DNA of 64,000 bases from Octopus vulgaris. Taxonomy: Eukaryota. The stretch spans positions 106,826,001 through 106,890,000 of the forward strand of contig OX597816.1 in the NCBI GenBank assembly GCA_951406725.2, read 5' to 3'. Shown here one piece after another: positions 14,759 to 28,724 of this stretch. Under the pieces are notes generated by a model. It was not told where the DNA came from, searched no databases, and saw nothing but the letters and a program-made list of their open reading frames with translations. The position numbers and the translations under genes are program-made. Within the stretch, counting starts at the first letter, position 1, and each line of letters starts with the position of its first letter.

Positions 14759-15980
14759 CGACAGGCTTTTTTTCAGTTCCTGTCTACCAAATCCACTCAC
14801 AGGCTTTGGTCGACCCGTGGCTGTTGTAGAAGTCACTTGTCAAAATTTCCATTGTACTTAATAATAACTACTTAAGTGAAGTTTACATCCTTTGTGTGTT
14901 CTTGAATGACTAGTATGTATCTTCCGTGCTGCAATAGTTTTAATTTAAATCGTCTTAAAAAGAGGAAGTTTGTACCACAAGACAAAGGACGGTTCCAGGT
15001 AAAGTTACCTTCTTGAGTCACGCCGACTCATAAGGGCTGGTTTCCATGGCGTATAAATTACTCATTTTTGCCAGCTGAGTGGACTGGAGCAACGCGTTTT
15101 GCTAGGAATCGAAACCACAATCTTACGATCATGAGTCCAGCACGCTAACCACTAATCCACACGTCTCCACAGACGGTTCCAGTTGGATTGGTATCTAAAG
15201 GGTCAAATAAGTAAACAGTAAATTACCTATTATTGAGATACCTACTTTACTTCTCACAAAAGTTGATGTTATGTAAAATTCCTCCTATTAGTTTTCGTGT
15301 CTCGTTTATAAATCCCCCAACTTAAATGGTTGATGAAACCATTCATTTTTACAAAACTCCTGGGCGTTTATATTACTACATATGCATATCCCAGTGTACT
15401 TGTGGGAATGAATGATTGACAGCTGATAGTTAGAGGACAAGAGCTGTAAGTGTTGTATATATTAGCCACTTTCAACAATTTTAGTCATGGTTAAGTGTGT
15501 GTATGTGAATGTATGTACATGAGTACGTATGTATGTATTACATGGAAAAATGCGAGCCAGGGAAATAATATTCTTAAGATTATAAACCTGGAAAATTACA
15601 GGACATTTTATTACACTTGGAAAAGTTCAGGGCAAGTTATTACATCTGGTAAAGTACAGAACAAGAAAATTTTGATTTTAATTTACGAAGTAACATTGAA
15701 GCTAAGATAAATATATTTTGCCTATAAAAATAAAAAAGAAGTTATTTAAATCTAAACTTGATTGGTGGCGTTACTCTCCTATAACGTTGTTACAAATTTT
15801 GATGTAAACTTTTTTTCCTATGGATCAAATCTCAATTTTTTTATACCAGGGGCTAGTCCTCTTCAAAAATGTTAACAGTTTTCAATTTGGCTAAGAAATA
15901 AATTAGTGACAAGCTCCGAAAGCTGCTGTGTGTGAGTAAATTGCGGCCTTAAGAATAATATTCGACTCCTACCGTAGTTG

Positions 15981-16072
15981 ATGTATGTATGTATGTATGT
16001 ATGTATGTATGTATGTATGTATGTATGTATGTATGTATGTATGTATGTGTGTGTGTGTGTGTGTGTGTATGT

Positions 16073-16147
<75 letters not shown>
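15981..16147. repeat. (ATGT)n-(GT)n microsatellite
   Basis: Direct reading. Confidence 0.95.
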
Positions 16148-16148
<1 letters not shown>

Positions 16149-18404
16149 ATGTATGAACATCCACCCTTTAAAGCGGCATTGAAAAGTCACAACAATGATG
16201 AAACAGCTACTTGCATATTATCTGTTAGTTTAGATGAGTAATCTTGAGAATCGTCCACTAGAAGAAAGGCTGTATTTTCAAGGTGTTTAGCTTTCGATAT
16301 TTAATATTCTTCGACAGCCTGCCAGAAAGACGAAGTAAAATATACATGAAACAAGTTCTGGTGATTCATGTCTTGAACAGTTGTAGACGTTCTTCGAAGT
16401 TTCTGATTTCGAAACCCTTACTACCGAACGATTAATACATTAGCATTGCCATTTCTAAACAATCGTATTTGCTTTACGGTTTTTACTATAATTTCGAAAA
16501 TGTTCGATGCATTTTTATGTTTTTGCAGTCTTGGATTGTTTTCTTCCGATCGTCATATTCGATCTACGCAATTTTATTGTATCTTTTCGTCATTTAATAT
16601 GAACTTTTATCGAGCAGGATAACAGCTATAAACACAATGCTATTCTTTTATTTTATTACTCATTTAAAAAAAAAAAATCCTTACTCCTACCTTGAATTAA
16701 TTGGATCGATTTTTTGATATCCCCACGCATATTCTTTTCGTGTCGCAGCATATTTCGAAATTGAATTACATCCCTTTCGTTTTGATTGGCTCTTTTTCTG
16801 TGTATCCGTTGATTTTTGCCTCCTCCTTTTCATCCCCATTAATAATACTTTTAAATCTCTATCTAATTTCACCATCTATTGTATGAGTTCTAATCGCTTC
16901 CACCCCCATTTATGAATTGTGCTTATTGTCTATCCATATTTGATACAAGTTTCCAGTTATAACTATTAGTATCTGTTAACTTAGAATCCATCTGCTCTCC
17001 TTTTCCTTTTCTCTTTTTCTTCCTTCTTATTTTCCCTTTCTTCCTTTTTAGCCACGCCTGTGCCATGGACGTTTGCGAGCAACGGCTGTTCAGTACAGTA
17101 CTGCTGTACGATTGCATTATCCAACGTGACTTTTCCGTATTTCAGTCAGTAAATACGGAATATTTAAGGGAGATTTGACTGCTTTTTTGTTTGCAGATCG
17201 AGGCGCACTTTCGTTGTCTCGGTTAAAAGGGAAATTACCAGTGCTAGTCATCAGAACTTTCAAGATATTCTGTGACAATAACCCAGTACACTGTTTCATC
17301 ATTTATAACATTGAACGAGGTCTACCAGATGAAATCCATCACGTTAGATATTGTAATTGCATGTCTCATTATGAGTGTATGTATATGTAAATGCATCATT
17401 ACTCTCTCTCTCTTTGCACTACCACTACAACTCTCTGTACATCCTTACTCATATACATATATGCATATGTAGTGCCTATGTACAGTGATAATTAGGTGTA
17501 TGATGCAATGTTATAATGTATATTCGTTACAAATGTCTGTAAACACACACATACGCACACACAGAGGCGCAAAACCATATGTATGATTGTGTGTGTGTGT
17601 ATGGTAATATGCGTATAACTGCATGAATGTTATGCATATTATAGTGCGTCATATATATACGCATACGCATATGTATTATTATAAGTAAATATATATATAT
17701 TCATATGTATATATGTGTATGTATATATATGTAAATATATGTGTATATATGTATACATACATATATATATATATATAAATGTATATATATATGTACATAT
17801 ATGTATATGTATGTAAGTATGTATGTATGTATGTATGTATGTATGTATGTATGTATGTATGTATGTATGCATGCATGTATGTGTGTATATATATATATAT
17901 ATGTGTGTAGGTATGTATGTATGCATATATGGATAGATGTATGTGTATATATATAGTATGTAGGTGGGTATGAGAACATATTTATGTGCGTGTGAATATG
18001 TATAAATATGTACGCATGAAATTTGAATATTAGGTGCACACACACACACACACACGCGTGCGCACGCACACACATAGTATGTTTTATGTTCGTTTGACAA
18101 TCCTATTTGATCTTAATAAGCGATCGATAGGTATTATAGTAATCTGCATGTGTTTGTGTTTTTCTGTGTGCATGCGCTTATGCTTGCGTGTGTGCACTGC
18201 ACATGTGTACGTGGGTTTGCACGATCGTGTGTGTGTGTGTGCGTGTGTACGTGCGCGCGCATGTGTGTGATCGCTTTGTTTATTACTGATTGATTGCCAT
18301 TAGTATGTTTGTTATAGCACTAAATATATACACATTGATCTTTTTTCTCTGATGCATCACACTTGCCTAATACATTAACACTAGCTTTGTTGTGCTGGTA
18401 GGAA

Positions 18405-18863
18405 TAGATAGATAGAGAGAGAGAGTGAGAGAGAGAGAGAAACAGATAGATAGATAGAAAGATAGATAGATAGAGATAAATAGAGATAGTGAGAAAGAGA
18501 GAGAAACAGATAGAGATAGAGATAAAGAGATAGAGATAGAGATAGATAGAAAGAGAGAGAGGGAGAGAGAGAGAGAGCGACAAAGAGATAGATAGATGAA
18601 TGGTTATAAAGGAAGGGGATTTCGGAAAAGGGAGACAATAGAAGAGAGAGATAGAGAGGGGGAGAAAGGAGAAAAGGAGAGAAGAGAAAGGAGAGAGAGA
18701 GAAGAGAAAGGAGAGAGAGAGAGAAGAGAAAAGAGAGATCTGTATGTGTATCTGTATAAAAGTGTGTGTAAGGTGTGTGCGTGGAATTCAGGATGTATAC
18801 ATTGGTAGATAGATTGAAGGAAAGAATAAAAGAAAGATTGGTAGATAGATAGATTGATAGATT

Positions 18864-18929
<66 letters not shown>

Positions 18930-18934
18930 CAGAC

Positions 18935-18968
<34 letters not shown>

Positions 18969-19360
18969 AAAGTGAGAGAGACATCCTCTTTATATGTGGC
19001 TGAATATATGCGTGAGTGCGGTGCAGTGAACAAAAAAAAGGAGTGAAATAAAGAGGCATAGACAGAAAAGAGATACATATAGCCATAAGGAACGAGAGAG
19101 GGAGAGAGATATTGAGAGAGAAGGAAAGAACCTATGAAAGAGATGGAAAAAAGTAAGAGAAGCAGAGCAAGGAAAAGAAAGAGAGAGGAAGAAGGAAAGA
19201 GTGAAAGAGATGCGAGAAAGAAAAAGAGACAAACTGAGGAAAAGATTTAGAGAGAAAAAGCGAGATAGAGAAAGAATGAGAGAGAGCGAGAAAGTAAGAA
19301 AGAGAGAATGAGAGAGAGAGAGAGAGAGAGAGAGAAAGAAAGAGAGAGAGAATAAGAGAG
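18405..19360. repeat. Purine-rich (GA)n/(GATA)n low-complexity block
   Basis: Direct reading. Confidence 0.9.
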
Positions 19361-19571
19361 AAGGATAGCGAAGTGGCATTTGATATACAGAGGAAAGAAA
19401 AGAAGAAGCGAGCAAGATTAGAGGGCGAAAAAGACGGTAGGCCGTTTGTTGTATGGTTTGGGCGCGAACATAGATACGGACAAACATACGTAGACGTAAA
19501 CAAACACGCAGAACAAACATGCAAACATACGCACACAGAAACTACAAACACAAAAAGAAACACACATACAA

Positions 19572-19629
<58 letters not shown>

Positions 19630-19777
19630 ACGCACACATACGCACTCACAATACAATAAATACAGTGGAAACATCAAAGGACGGCCACTGTTTTTAACAC
19701 TTTTCACAGCTATAACTATATTCATTATGGATATTATCGTTTCAGTCAGTCACACACACACACACACACTCACACAG

Positions 19778-19808
<31 letters not shown>

Positions 19809-19931
19809 GACACACACACACGCACATACACACGCACACACGCACACACAAGTACCCACCCACACGCTGACATGTTCATTGATACATACTTGCATGCATA
19901 CATATCTATATTTACACACATATATATGATG

Positions 19932-19994
<63 letters not shown>

Positions 19995-20027
19995 ATATAT
20001 GTGTGTATGCGTATAAATATGTGTATA

Positions 20028-20062
<35 letters not shown>

Positions 20063-20184
20063 GCCTGTGTATGGAGAGGGCTTGCTTGTGTATATATATA
20101 TATTATACATTAATGAATATATATATATATATATATATATATCCACACACGCATTTGTTGGACACATATACATGCGTAACATCA

Positions 20185-20248
<64 letters not shown>

Positions 20249-21595
20249 CATTTCTGCACACAAACTCCCACATAAATAAGTACACCAAAGAAACTTCTAC
20301 TATTTACATAAACACATGCATAAATAATTACAGTAACAACCTTATGTAAGTGTATGTAAGTGTATGTAAGTGTATATGTTTGTAAAGAGCAATGTATATA
20401 CATATACATATATTCGCAACAAACCGAATGGATATGTGTGTACAAAACTCACATATAAACACTTATACACACACACTCATGTATTTGCGCATTCAGACAA
20501 ATATGTTTATTTATGTGAACATACAATACACAAATATTTATTTGTAGATATAATCAAACGAACAAAAAAAAAAAAAAAACCGGAAATAACGATAACCATG
20601 GGAATCGAACTCAAATACTTCGGTTTAGTGTCCGGCTGTATTATGATTATATTACTGATCGTACGCTAATATTCTTTGTAATTTATAACTGCAGAAACTC
20701 ACTTCCGGACGTTCTAAGAAATCACTGCATCATTCTCAGTTTAACAAGTTTATATACCCACTCGTTAACCTGGGATGTGGGTTCGATTCTCATACCGTCT
20801 AATTTTGTTTTATTTATTTCTATGTACATACACGTTTTCACACACGTACATACATATACACACCTGCATATATATATATAATGGCGGAGAGTTGAGTTCG
20901 AGGTATACCATTGCTTAATTGGTCTCTTAAACTTTAGCAGGACGGTTGTGACATTTTAGCCCCGCTAGGGAACTACACTCTTTTGCACAAACGTAGAAAC
21001 GACGGGTACCTCTTGCAGTAGGTGTTCACAAAATTTACCATCCACACTGAAACTTGCCTTCATTCCTTTATATAATTCTTCATTGCGTATTTTGCCAATT
21101 TTTACTACGGCCATTCGCAGTATGCAATACACATAATAGAAATGTTAAAAATCAAGAGATGGGTATGCCTGAAGCTTTTTATTGTGAAGAAATGTATTGC
21201 ATAAGGCCTATCCCTCTCTCTAAACAACGTATGCACTTGCCGAAAAAAGAACTAGTCTATAATCATTGGGTACATGCGTACAAACACACACACACCCACA
21301 CACCCACACACACACACACCTAGATTAACTGTCTCACCAGCTAACGCTTACCTTGCCACCTTAGCGCCATCACCACCAACATTGTGAAGGCGTGTGACCA
21401 AGTGGTGCATTCCAGAAGTTTTGGGTCTTATTTTAGAAGAGGCAGTTATAACTATCCCAGATCATTGTAATTTTAGTATATCATAGGCTGTTAGGCTGAC
21501 CTGCCAACTTTTATTCCGGATCGAAGGAGTGGCTTTAACAGCAATTTGAAAACACCTTACTAATCACTACTAGTCACAGCTCGCTAATTTGTAGA

Positions 21596-22215
21596 ATGTT
21601 GTCGGGACGTTTGGAAGTTCGTTCTACTGTAAAGTTTTGTGTTAAATTAAGCAAAAGCGTTACAGAACTGCTTACAGATTACAGACTGCTTACAGATTTA
21701 CTTTTTCGCTGGCACAAAAAGTTCAAAGACGGTAGAAAGGAGATGGGAGATGAGAGGTTTGGAGGGGAGAAGAACGTAAGAACATCAGACTGGTGAAGAA
21801 AATTCGCAATTTCTTGGATGAAAACCGTCCTCTGTCTCTGAAGACAATAAGGATACATTTGGGGTTAGTGTGGCATCAGAAAACATAGAATAATTCATGA
21901 AGGTCTGAACATGTGCAAAATTTGTTTTTCTTCCCAAGATGCTCAGTGACAAGCATTCTAGTAATCAACTTGACAGAGACGGGCATCAAAGCTGTCCCTC
22001 ACCCTAACTTATAGTCTAGACCTTGCTTCCTGTGATTTTGTTGTTTCCCCAAGCTGAAGGAGAACTTCAAAGATAGTCGTTTTGAAGATGAAGGAGGCTG
22101 TGACAAGGGTCCTGAACACTTTCATTTTGGACTTCCATGGGACCTTTACGAAGCGACTGAAGTGCTACAGCAAGTGCATTGAAGTCAGTGGATCCTATTC
22201 GAGAGAAGATTAGAG
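21596..22215 (+). pseudogene. Mariner (Tc1/mariner) transposase remnant with internal deletion
   Basis: N-terminal VKFCVKLSKSVTE..FRWHKKFKDGR HTH region; C-terminal degenerate YSPDLAPCDF-like segment followed by FPKLKE and KCIEVSGSY; frameshifts and stops. Confidence 0.85.
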
Positions 22216-22314
22216 CTTTGTACTTTGAAATTAATAAGAGCAACAATTAAAGCAACAGCAACACAAAGCAATTGAAATAGGGTCTATGTGATACTTTCGT
22301 CAGATGAGAAACAA

Positions 22315-22368
<54 letters not shown>

Positions 22369-22394
22369 CATCATCATTATTAAAAGGGCAAAGG

Positions 22395-22725
22395 TAGCGA
22401 GTTGGCAGAATGGTTAAGCACGCTGGGTAAAATGCTGAGCGGTATTTTGTCTGTCTTTATGTTCTGAGATCAAATTCCGCCAAGATCGACTTTGCCTTCC
22501 ATCCTATCAGGATCGATAAAATAAGTACCAGACAAGTATTGGGGTCGATGTAATCGATTATCACTCTCCCCCAAAACTTTAAGCCTTGTGCCTGTAGTAG
22601 AAAGGATTATTACAAAGGCAGCACAAGCTGAAGAATCATTAAATCGTCGGACAAAATGCTTAGAAGCTATTTATATTATGATTTCAAATACCTCTTTGGT
22701 CGATTTCGACTTCCATCCTTTCAGT
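22395..22725 (+). mobile_element. SINE family A, tandem copies after an (ATT)n tract
   Basis: Family A head and core; second degenerate copy from ~22615. Confidence 0.8.
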
Positions 22726-23889
22726 GTGAAAATATCAATGACATTTTTATCTCTTTCTCTAAAAAAGGAAAAAATGAAAGAAAGAGGGTGGGTATGAGGA
22801 GTTGATGTTTGTTTAGCCATAATTGAACAAACCTATAATCAATCATGAGCCATTCCATCTGTGACTGTCTCACCGTTTGTTTTTAAGACAGTAGGTTGTA
22901 ATTTGAAAGGAATTTGATTGCCTTATCTTACAGATTGACCAACGAATAAGATCTAGAGCAGTCATGGTCAAACTATGGCCTACATGACTTTTCTGAATGG
23001 TACGCCTAACAAAAGTCTAAATTTTTCTAATAGTGAAGCCCACCTGATAATAAGCCATGTCTCATGCAGCCCACTTCTTGAAAAAGGTTACTCTAGAGAG
23101 AGTATGGGTAGAACAGTGACTAAGCCGCTATATAGTTTCATTGCGGCTTTGTGTCATAGAAGACATTTTCAAGGAGCAAAGGTGATCTTTTATCTTTTGA
23201 TTATTACAACCTCAAGAGGGTAGTAGACTAGAAGAATCGGTAGAGTGACAGAAGACGTGCTTTGCTCTTTACGCTCTGGTTTCAAATCTCTCCGAAGTCA
23301 GTTAGGCTTTACATCCTTAGTCCACATTATTTCATAAGGAGTACAGGGCCGACTTCCCGGTTTCTCTGGCGTATATATTCCGCCTTGGACAGGACACCGG
23401 TCCGTTGCAAGATTACTCATTAAGTGTTTTGCTCAAGAACACAATACATTGTTCTCTCCAGAAATCGAACACACAATCTTAGGATTATGAGTTCAGCACT
23501 CTAACCACTAAGCAATGCGCCTCCACATTTTCATCCTTTTAGGGTTGATAAAATAAAGTATCAGTCAATACTGGAGTTGATGCTATCGCCTTACACCCTC
23601 GCCTCAAAATTGCTGGTATTGTACCTAAATTTCAAACAATTATTACAAACATTGGATGATCAACGTGTGATATTCTGTGCACGAAAAGCCTAGCTGTGCT
23701 ATTTCTGCTTCATGATAGAAAATTATGGCTGTGTGGTAAGAACCTTGCGGCCCAACCACATGATTCTGGGTTCAGTCCCACTGTATAGTACATTGAGCAA
23801 GTGTCTTCTATTTTAGCCTCGGGTTGACAAAAGCCTTGTGAGTGAATTTGATAGACGAAAACTGAGAGAGGCCTGTCGTGTATATGTGT

Positions 23890-24295
23890 GTTATTGTTCA
23901 GTTCTATTTCAAGATTTCTTGCCAATAGAGAAAGAGCTGGCTTCTAACCTAGATTCAAGGCTCCTTCATTGGAATTTCAACATCAACAACAGGGTATTTT
24001 TGCATGTATGTATGTATGTATGTATGTATGTATGTATGTATATGTGCAGATTTGTATCTTTTGTTTTATGTATGTACGCTCATGCATATAGTTACATGTC
24101 TGAACATGCTCATATATATTTAAATGATAAATTCTGGTAAGTTTTACAGAGTTCTACAGTTCCAGTGATGGATTGGATCTGTCGTCTTCGAATTAGCTTT
24201 CTTCTTTCTGGTTTTGAGAAGCCTAATTTCTCAAGACTGTTATTTAATGCCCCAGTAGTTACAGATATAAACCTGAACTTGTAATCTGGATGTAT
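23890..24295 (-). mobile_element. Dong/R4-like (REL-endonuclease) non-LTR retrotransposon 3' remnant
   Basis: Minus frame HPDYKFRFISVTTGAL..LEKLGFSKPERRKLIRRRQIQSITGTVELCKT; related ends at 44640-44890 and 45860-46050. Confidence 0.65.
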
Positions 24296-24327
24296 TCAGT
24301 TGATGTGCTGAAACTAGATCAAATCAA

Positions 24328-24370
<43 letters not shown>

Positions 24371-24375
<5 letters not shown>

Positions 24376-24442
24376 AGGGCTGCTGAAAAGTTCCTGGCTT
24401 TAACAGTACCCAAAGCCACGAACTTTTCACCACGCCCTTGTA
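24371..24442. mobile_element. Tiny mariner-type MITE (two TIRs almost abutting)
   Basis: cgagggctgctgaaaagttcctggcttt ... aaagccacgaacttttcaccacgcccttg inverted repeats. Confidence 0.75.
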
Positions 24443-24444
24443 TA

Positions 24445-24526
<82 letters not shown>

Positions 24527-24559
24527 TGTCTGTGTGTCTGTGAGTCTGTGTGTCTGCGT

Positions 24560-24765
24560 TTGTTCCCCACCATCGCTTGACAACCAGTCTGGTGTGTTCA
24601 TATCCCCGTAACTTAGCGTTTCGGCAAAAAAGACTGATAGAATAAGTATCAGGTTTTAAAAGAAAGTACTGGAGTCGATTCATTCGATTAAACAGTTTTC
24701 CAGCTGGTGCCCCAGCGTGTCCACATTCTAATGACTGAAACAATTAAAAGATTAAAGAAAAAAGA
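24560..24765 (+). mobile_element. SINE-tail repeat, family D (other copies ~14205-14345 +, 46780-46920 -, 46975-47175 -)
   Basis: Shared cgcttgacaac..ggtgt..ccccgtaac..ttcggcaaaa..gatagaataagta...gccccagc...atgactgaaaca. Confidence 0.8.
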
Positions 24766-24818
24766 TAACATATGTATGTGTGTATGCATGTATGTACACA
24801 CACTCACACGCACGCACG

Positions 24819-24872
<54 letters not shown>

Positions 24873-25044
24873 GTTCAAATTTATAGAACAAAAAGACGAA
24901 AACAGGTAAAGGAACAACAAGCTCGGGAAAATGGAAAAGTCATTTACGTTTCGAGCCTTCGCTCTTCAACAGAAAGGAATGAGGGAATAAATAAAGAGAG
25001 AATAAAAAAAAAGAAACGTGTTGAGTTCAGTGGTCCAGCATGGC

Positions 25045-25083
<39 letters not shown>

Positions 25084-25089
25084 TATGTG

Positions 25090-25155
<66 letters not shown>

Positions 25156-25376
25156 TGTGTGTGTGAATGGCTACAGCCGGGCAACCCTGCCCCATCATAT
25201 TCTATGTCCTGTCCTTTGTTATCGTCGACAACGACGGATGCACGAATGTGTTAATATGAACGTATGTATCAGCGTGTATATATATTACATATAGTAAATG
25301 CATAATGTATATATAATGCATATATGTATGTGTGTGTGTGTGTTCATACATCTGTACACACATTCTTTTGTACGTG

Positions 25377-25450
<74 letters not shown>

Positions 25451-25616
25451 CTTAGAAAAGTATACTCGATACGAATATGTAATTGTTTTTCATCAAAGTG
25501 AATTGCCTAATGATTGTTTAATTAGTTAATTATTAAAACAACACTTGAAATATAGAGTTACAATGTATTTCCAATGAAGGACCGTATCCTATTTAGCGAA
25601 CGCGCGCATGCTGTGC

Positions 25617-25702
<86 letters not shown>

Positions 25703-25986
25703 AAGAATCTATACAACAAGATGGAATAAACAGGCTTTAATTACAAATTACAACATTTGATTCTGTGTAGTGGCAACAGCTGCAATTTGTTGAGTTTTCA
25801 TTCTCATATCACTACATAAAATAATTTTATGCTTAATTACATAAATATATATAAAGCAGCAACTGTTGTGTGCCGGCACTTCATCGGGTAGACTGCATTT
25901 CAAAGCATTGCTGTTGGCATAGGGTTGTCGATAACAGTATAAGACGATTTAAATGCACGTTATGAGGTTATTACCCAGATAATATG

Positions 25987-26103
25987 ACGAGGGGTGCTGA
26001 AAAGTTCTTAACTTTTAACGGTATCGCGAAAGGCTTGGCTTGAGGCACAACTAACTGCATTTTCTTTTACCCAAAGCCACAAACTTTTCAGTACCCCTTC
26101 CTA
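25987..26103. mobile_element. Mariner-type MITE, same TIR family as 24371-24442
   Basis: cgaggggtgctgaaaagtt ... aacttttcagtacccctt inverted repeats. Confidence 0.75.
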
Positions 26104-26145
26104 GAAAGTGAAATAGGAGAGTTATACATACATACGTACACACAC

Positions 26146-26198
<53 letters not shown>

Positions 26199-26428
26199 CG
26201 TGGAGGTGTTTATAAGCCATATCGATTCACTCCAACATTTAAGTTTAATTTGTCAAAATATTTTCAAAATCCGCGACCTGTTCACTGACAAATGCAGCAC
26301 GGACTTTGTCATACAGTACGTACACACACGCATATTATAAATGTTATGTCTTAAATATATATAAACACACCTGAATTGTTTTCGTTTCAGCACACGATCT
26401 CAGATCAAATTACTTGCTATGCGATACA

Positions 26429-26459
<31 letters not shown>

Positions 26460-26511
26460 GTATGTATGTATGCACATGTATGTATGCATGTATATATTTA
26501 TATATATACAT

Positions 26512-26546
<35 letters not shown>

Positions 26547-27534
26547 TGGCCGGGTTGTTGGCGACTAAACTGGCAACACCATAAAGCTTGCTTGGTGCGG
26601 CGGGTGTTTGTTGGATACACTGCAGGGCGAAAAATAAGACCTGTCAAGGGCGGAAGAGCTCATGAGAAGTCAACAGCCATCCAACAATATGTATATATGT
26701 GTATGTATGCATGTATGTATGTGTGGGGATGTGGAAATAACTGGGTTGGTGACCAGGTGCGTGGTTGACCTCTAAGCAGCCAGCTACAAGAAAGTAAAGA
26801 CATGCATTGTAATTGGACCAAGCGAAACCGAGGTTATTGAGCGAGGTACATTTTGAAAAGTCATGTGACGAAACACATCTGCACACAATGATTCACTACA
26901 ACCAGTTGTAGAGTATCTCACCCGCGAGAGACCGTTGCAAAATGGGTCGAAACGATCATTGTGATTAATAAAGAAACCCGTGATTGGAATTCTCTGTTTC
27001 TATTATATTGTTATAAACACACACACAGATATATATATATATATATATATATTTATGTAGGTATATATAAACACACGCACACACACATATTACACATGCA
27101 TAGTGTATATGTGCGTGGCACACAAGCATATGTAATCACGCATTAGCACAGGTTGAATAGTTATGTATTGTACATATGTAAATATTTACTCTTTGTTAAT
27201 ATTACACTTGCGCGCGAGTATATATGTGTATATGTAGTGTATGTATGTAGGGTGGATGTAGATTGATTCTCACTGCATGTGATCAAACGTCTGACCGCTA
27301 CTAATTAGATGATCAGCTCTATTGATCTCAGAGGATTGACGTAGTCTGATTGTTTTTATTTAGTGGACTAGTAGAGTAGGTTGAATAAAGTCTCTGCTTC
27401 AAGGAATCGAAACCTGCTGTGAAATACAACTTCTGAATGGTAGTTCGACATGCAAGGAATAGCAATGAAACTCATTCAAATCACACTCTTCTTTATTAAA
27501 TATAGAAGGACTCACTGAACAGTGCTGTGATGTG

Positions 27535-27597
<63 letters not shown>

Positions 27598-27690
27598 AAG
27601 CTTTATGAAAATAGACAAAAGACGAAGGCAGGTGGAAAACAAACAAACAATTGTATTAGTATGGCGCTCAGGAAATATAAATAAAACAAG

Positions 27691-27728
27691 TCTTTAACGT
27701 TTCGAGCCTACGCTCTTCAACAGAAAGA
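27691..27728 (-). ncRNA. Variant ultra-minimal hammerhead-like motif (related copy at 24941-24976, minus)
   Basis: Minus strand tcttt-CTGTTGA-a-gagc-gtag-gctc-GAAACGTT-aaaga: 5-bp stem I, 4-bp stem II, palindromic aacgtt replacing stem III. Confidence 0.5.
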
Positions 27729-27903
27729 TACACAGAGAGAAAAAAAACACAGAAAGAAGGAGAGAAAAAAAATGCGTGCAGTAACTAACGAATCAACATG
27801 GCGATCTGATTTCGGCCAGAGGTCAAAGATCAAACATGAGACGCGAGAGCGAAATAAGGGGAGATAATAGGGTTGATAATAGGGTTGAATGACCCTAGGA
27901 TAG

Positions 27904-28216
27904 GTCTGGACAGGCGTATGTATGGGGTTGGTGTATGTATTAGTATGTATTAGTATGTATTAGTATGTATTAGTATGTATAAGTGTGTGTGTGTGTGTAT
28001 GAGAGAGTATAAGTGCGTATGAGGGGTCTGGACGTGTGTATGTATAGGGTTGGTGTATGTATTAGTATGTATTAGTATGTGTTAGTACGTATTAGTATGT
28101 ATAAGTGTGTGTGTGTGTGTGTATGAGAGAGTATAAGTGCGTATGAGGGGTCTGGGCGTGTGTATGTATAGGGTTGGTGTATGTATTAGTATGTATTAGT
28201 ATGTATTAGTACGTAT

Positions 28217-28217
<1 letters not shown>
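27904..28217. repeat. ~125-bp unit x ~2.5 containing (tagtatgtat)n subrepeats
   Basis: gtctgg...gggttggtgtatgtattagtatg... repeated three times. Confidence 0.85.
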
Positions 28218-28250
<33 letters not shown>

Positions 28251-28724
28251 CCTACCTACCTACCTACCTAACTTGTCTGCCTGAATAATGGACACACACA
28301 CATGCATACACACTCACACACACACAAATACAAGGACACACACACACGCACGCATGCATTTATGTATACATGCCAGTGGAGGAAAAAGGATACTCGATAA
28401 AGATCAAACAATATTTTTATTTTCGTAGAGCCTATCTCTTACTACTGCGTGTTTCACCTGTAGGTGCTCAGGGTCTTTCATGCAAGTTACGACTCCTGGA
28501 AAATCCTACTGGCGAAACTCAGAATAGCGAGAAGCCGAGAGATTTTGTTAAAGGATCTGTTAATACTAGAGACAATAGGTTTAATCTTTAAATGTGGTTT
28601 CTGTTTCTGTATTTTTATGAGATGATAGAAGGTTAGGAGTACACTGTTTCTTGCAATGAATTTACGTTTAATTTCGTTCGAGAGCCCTCTGTCTTTACTG
28701 ATGATCGTCCAACAGATGTTTATG

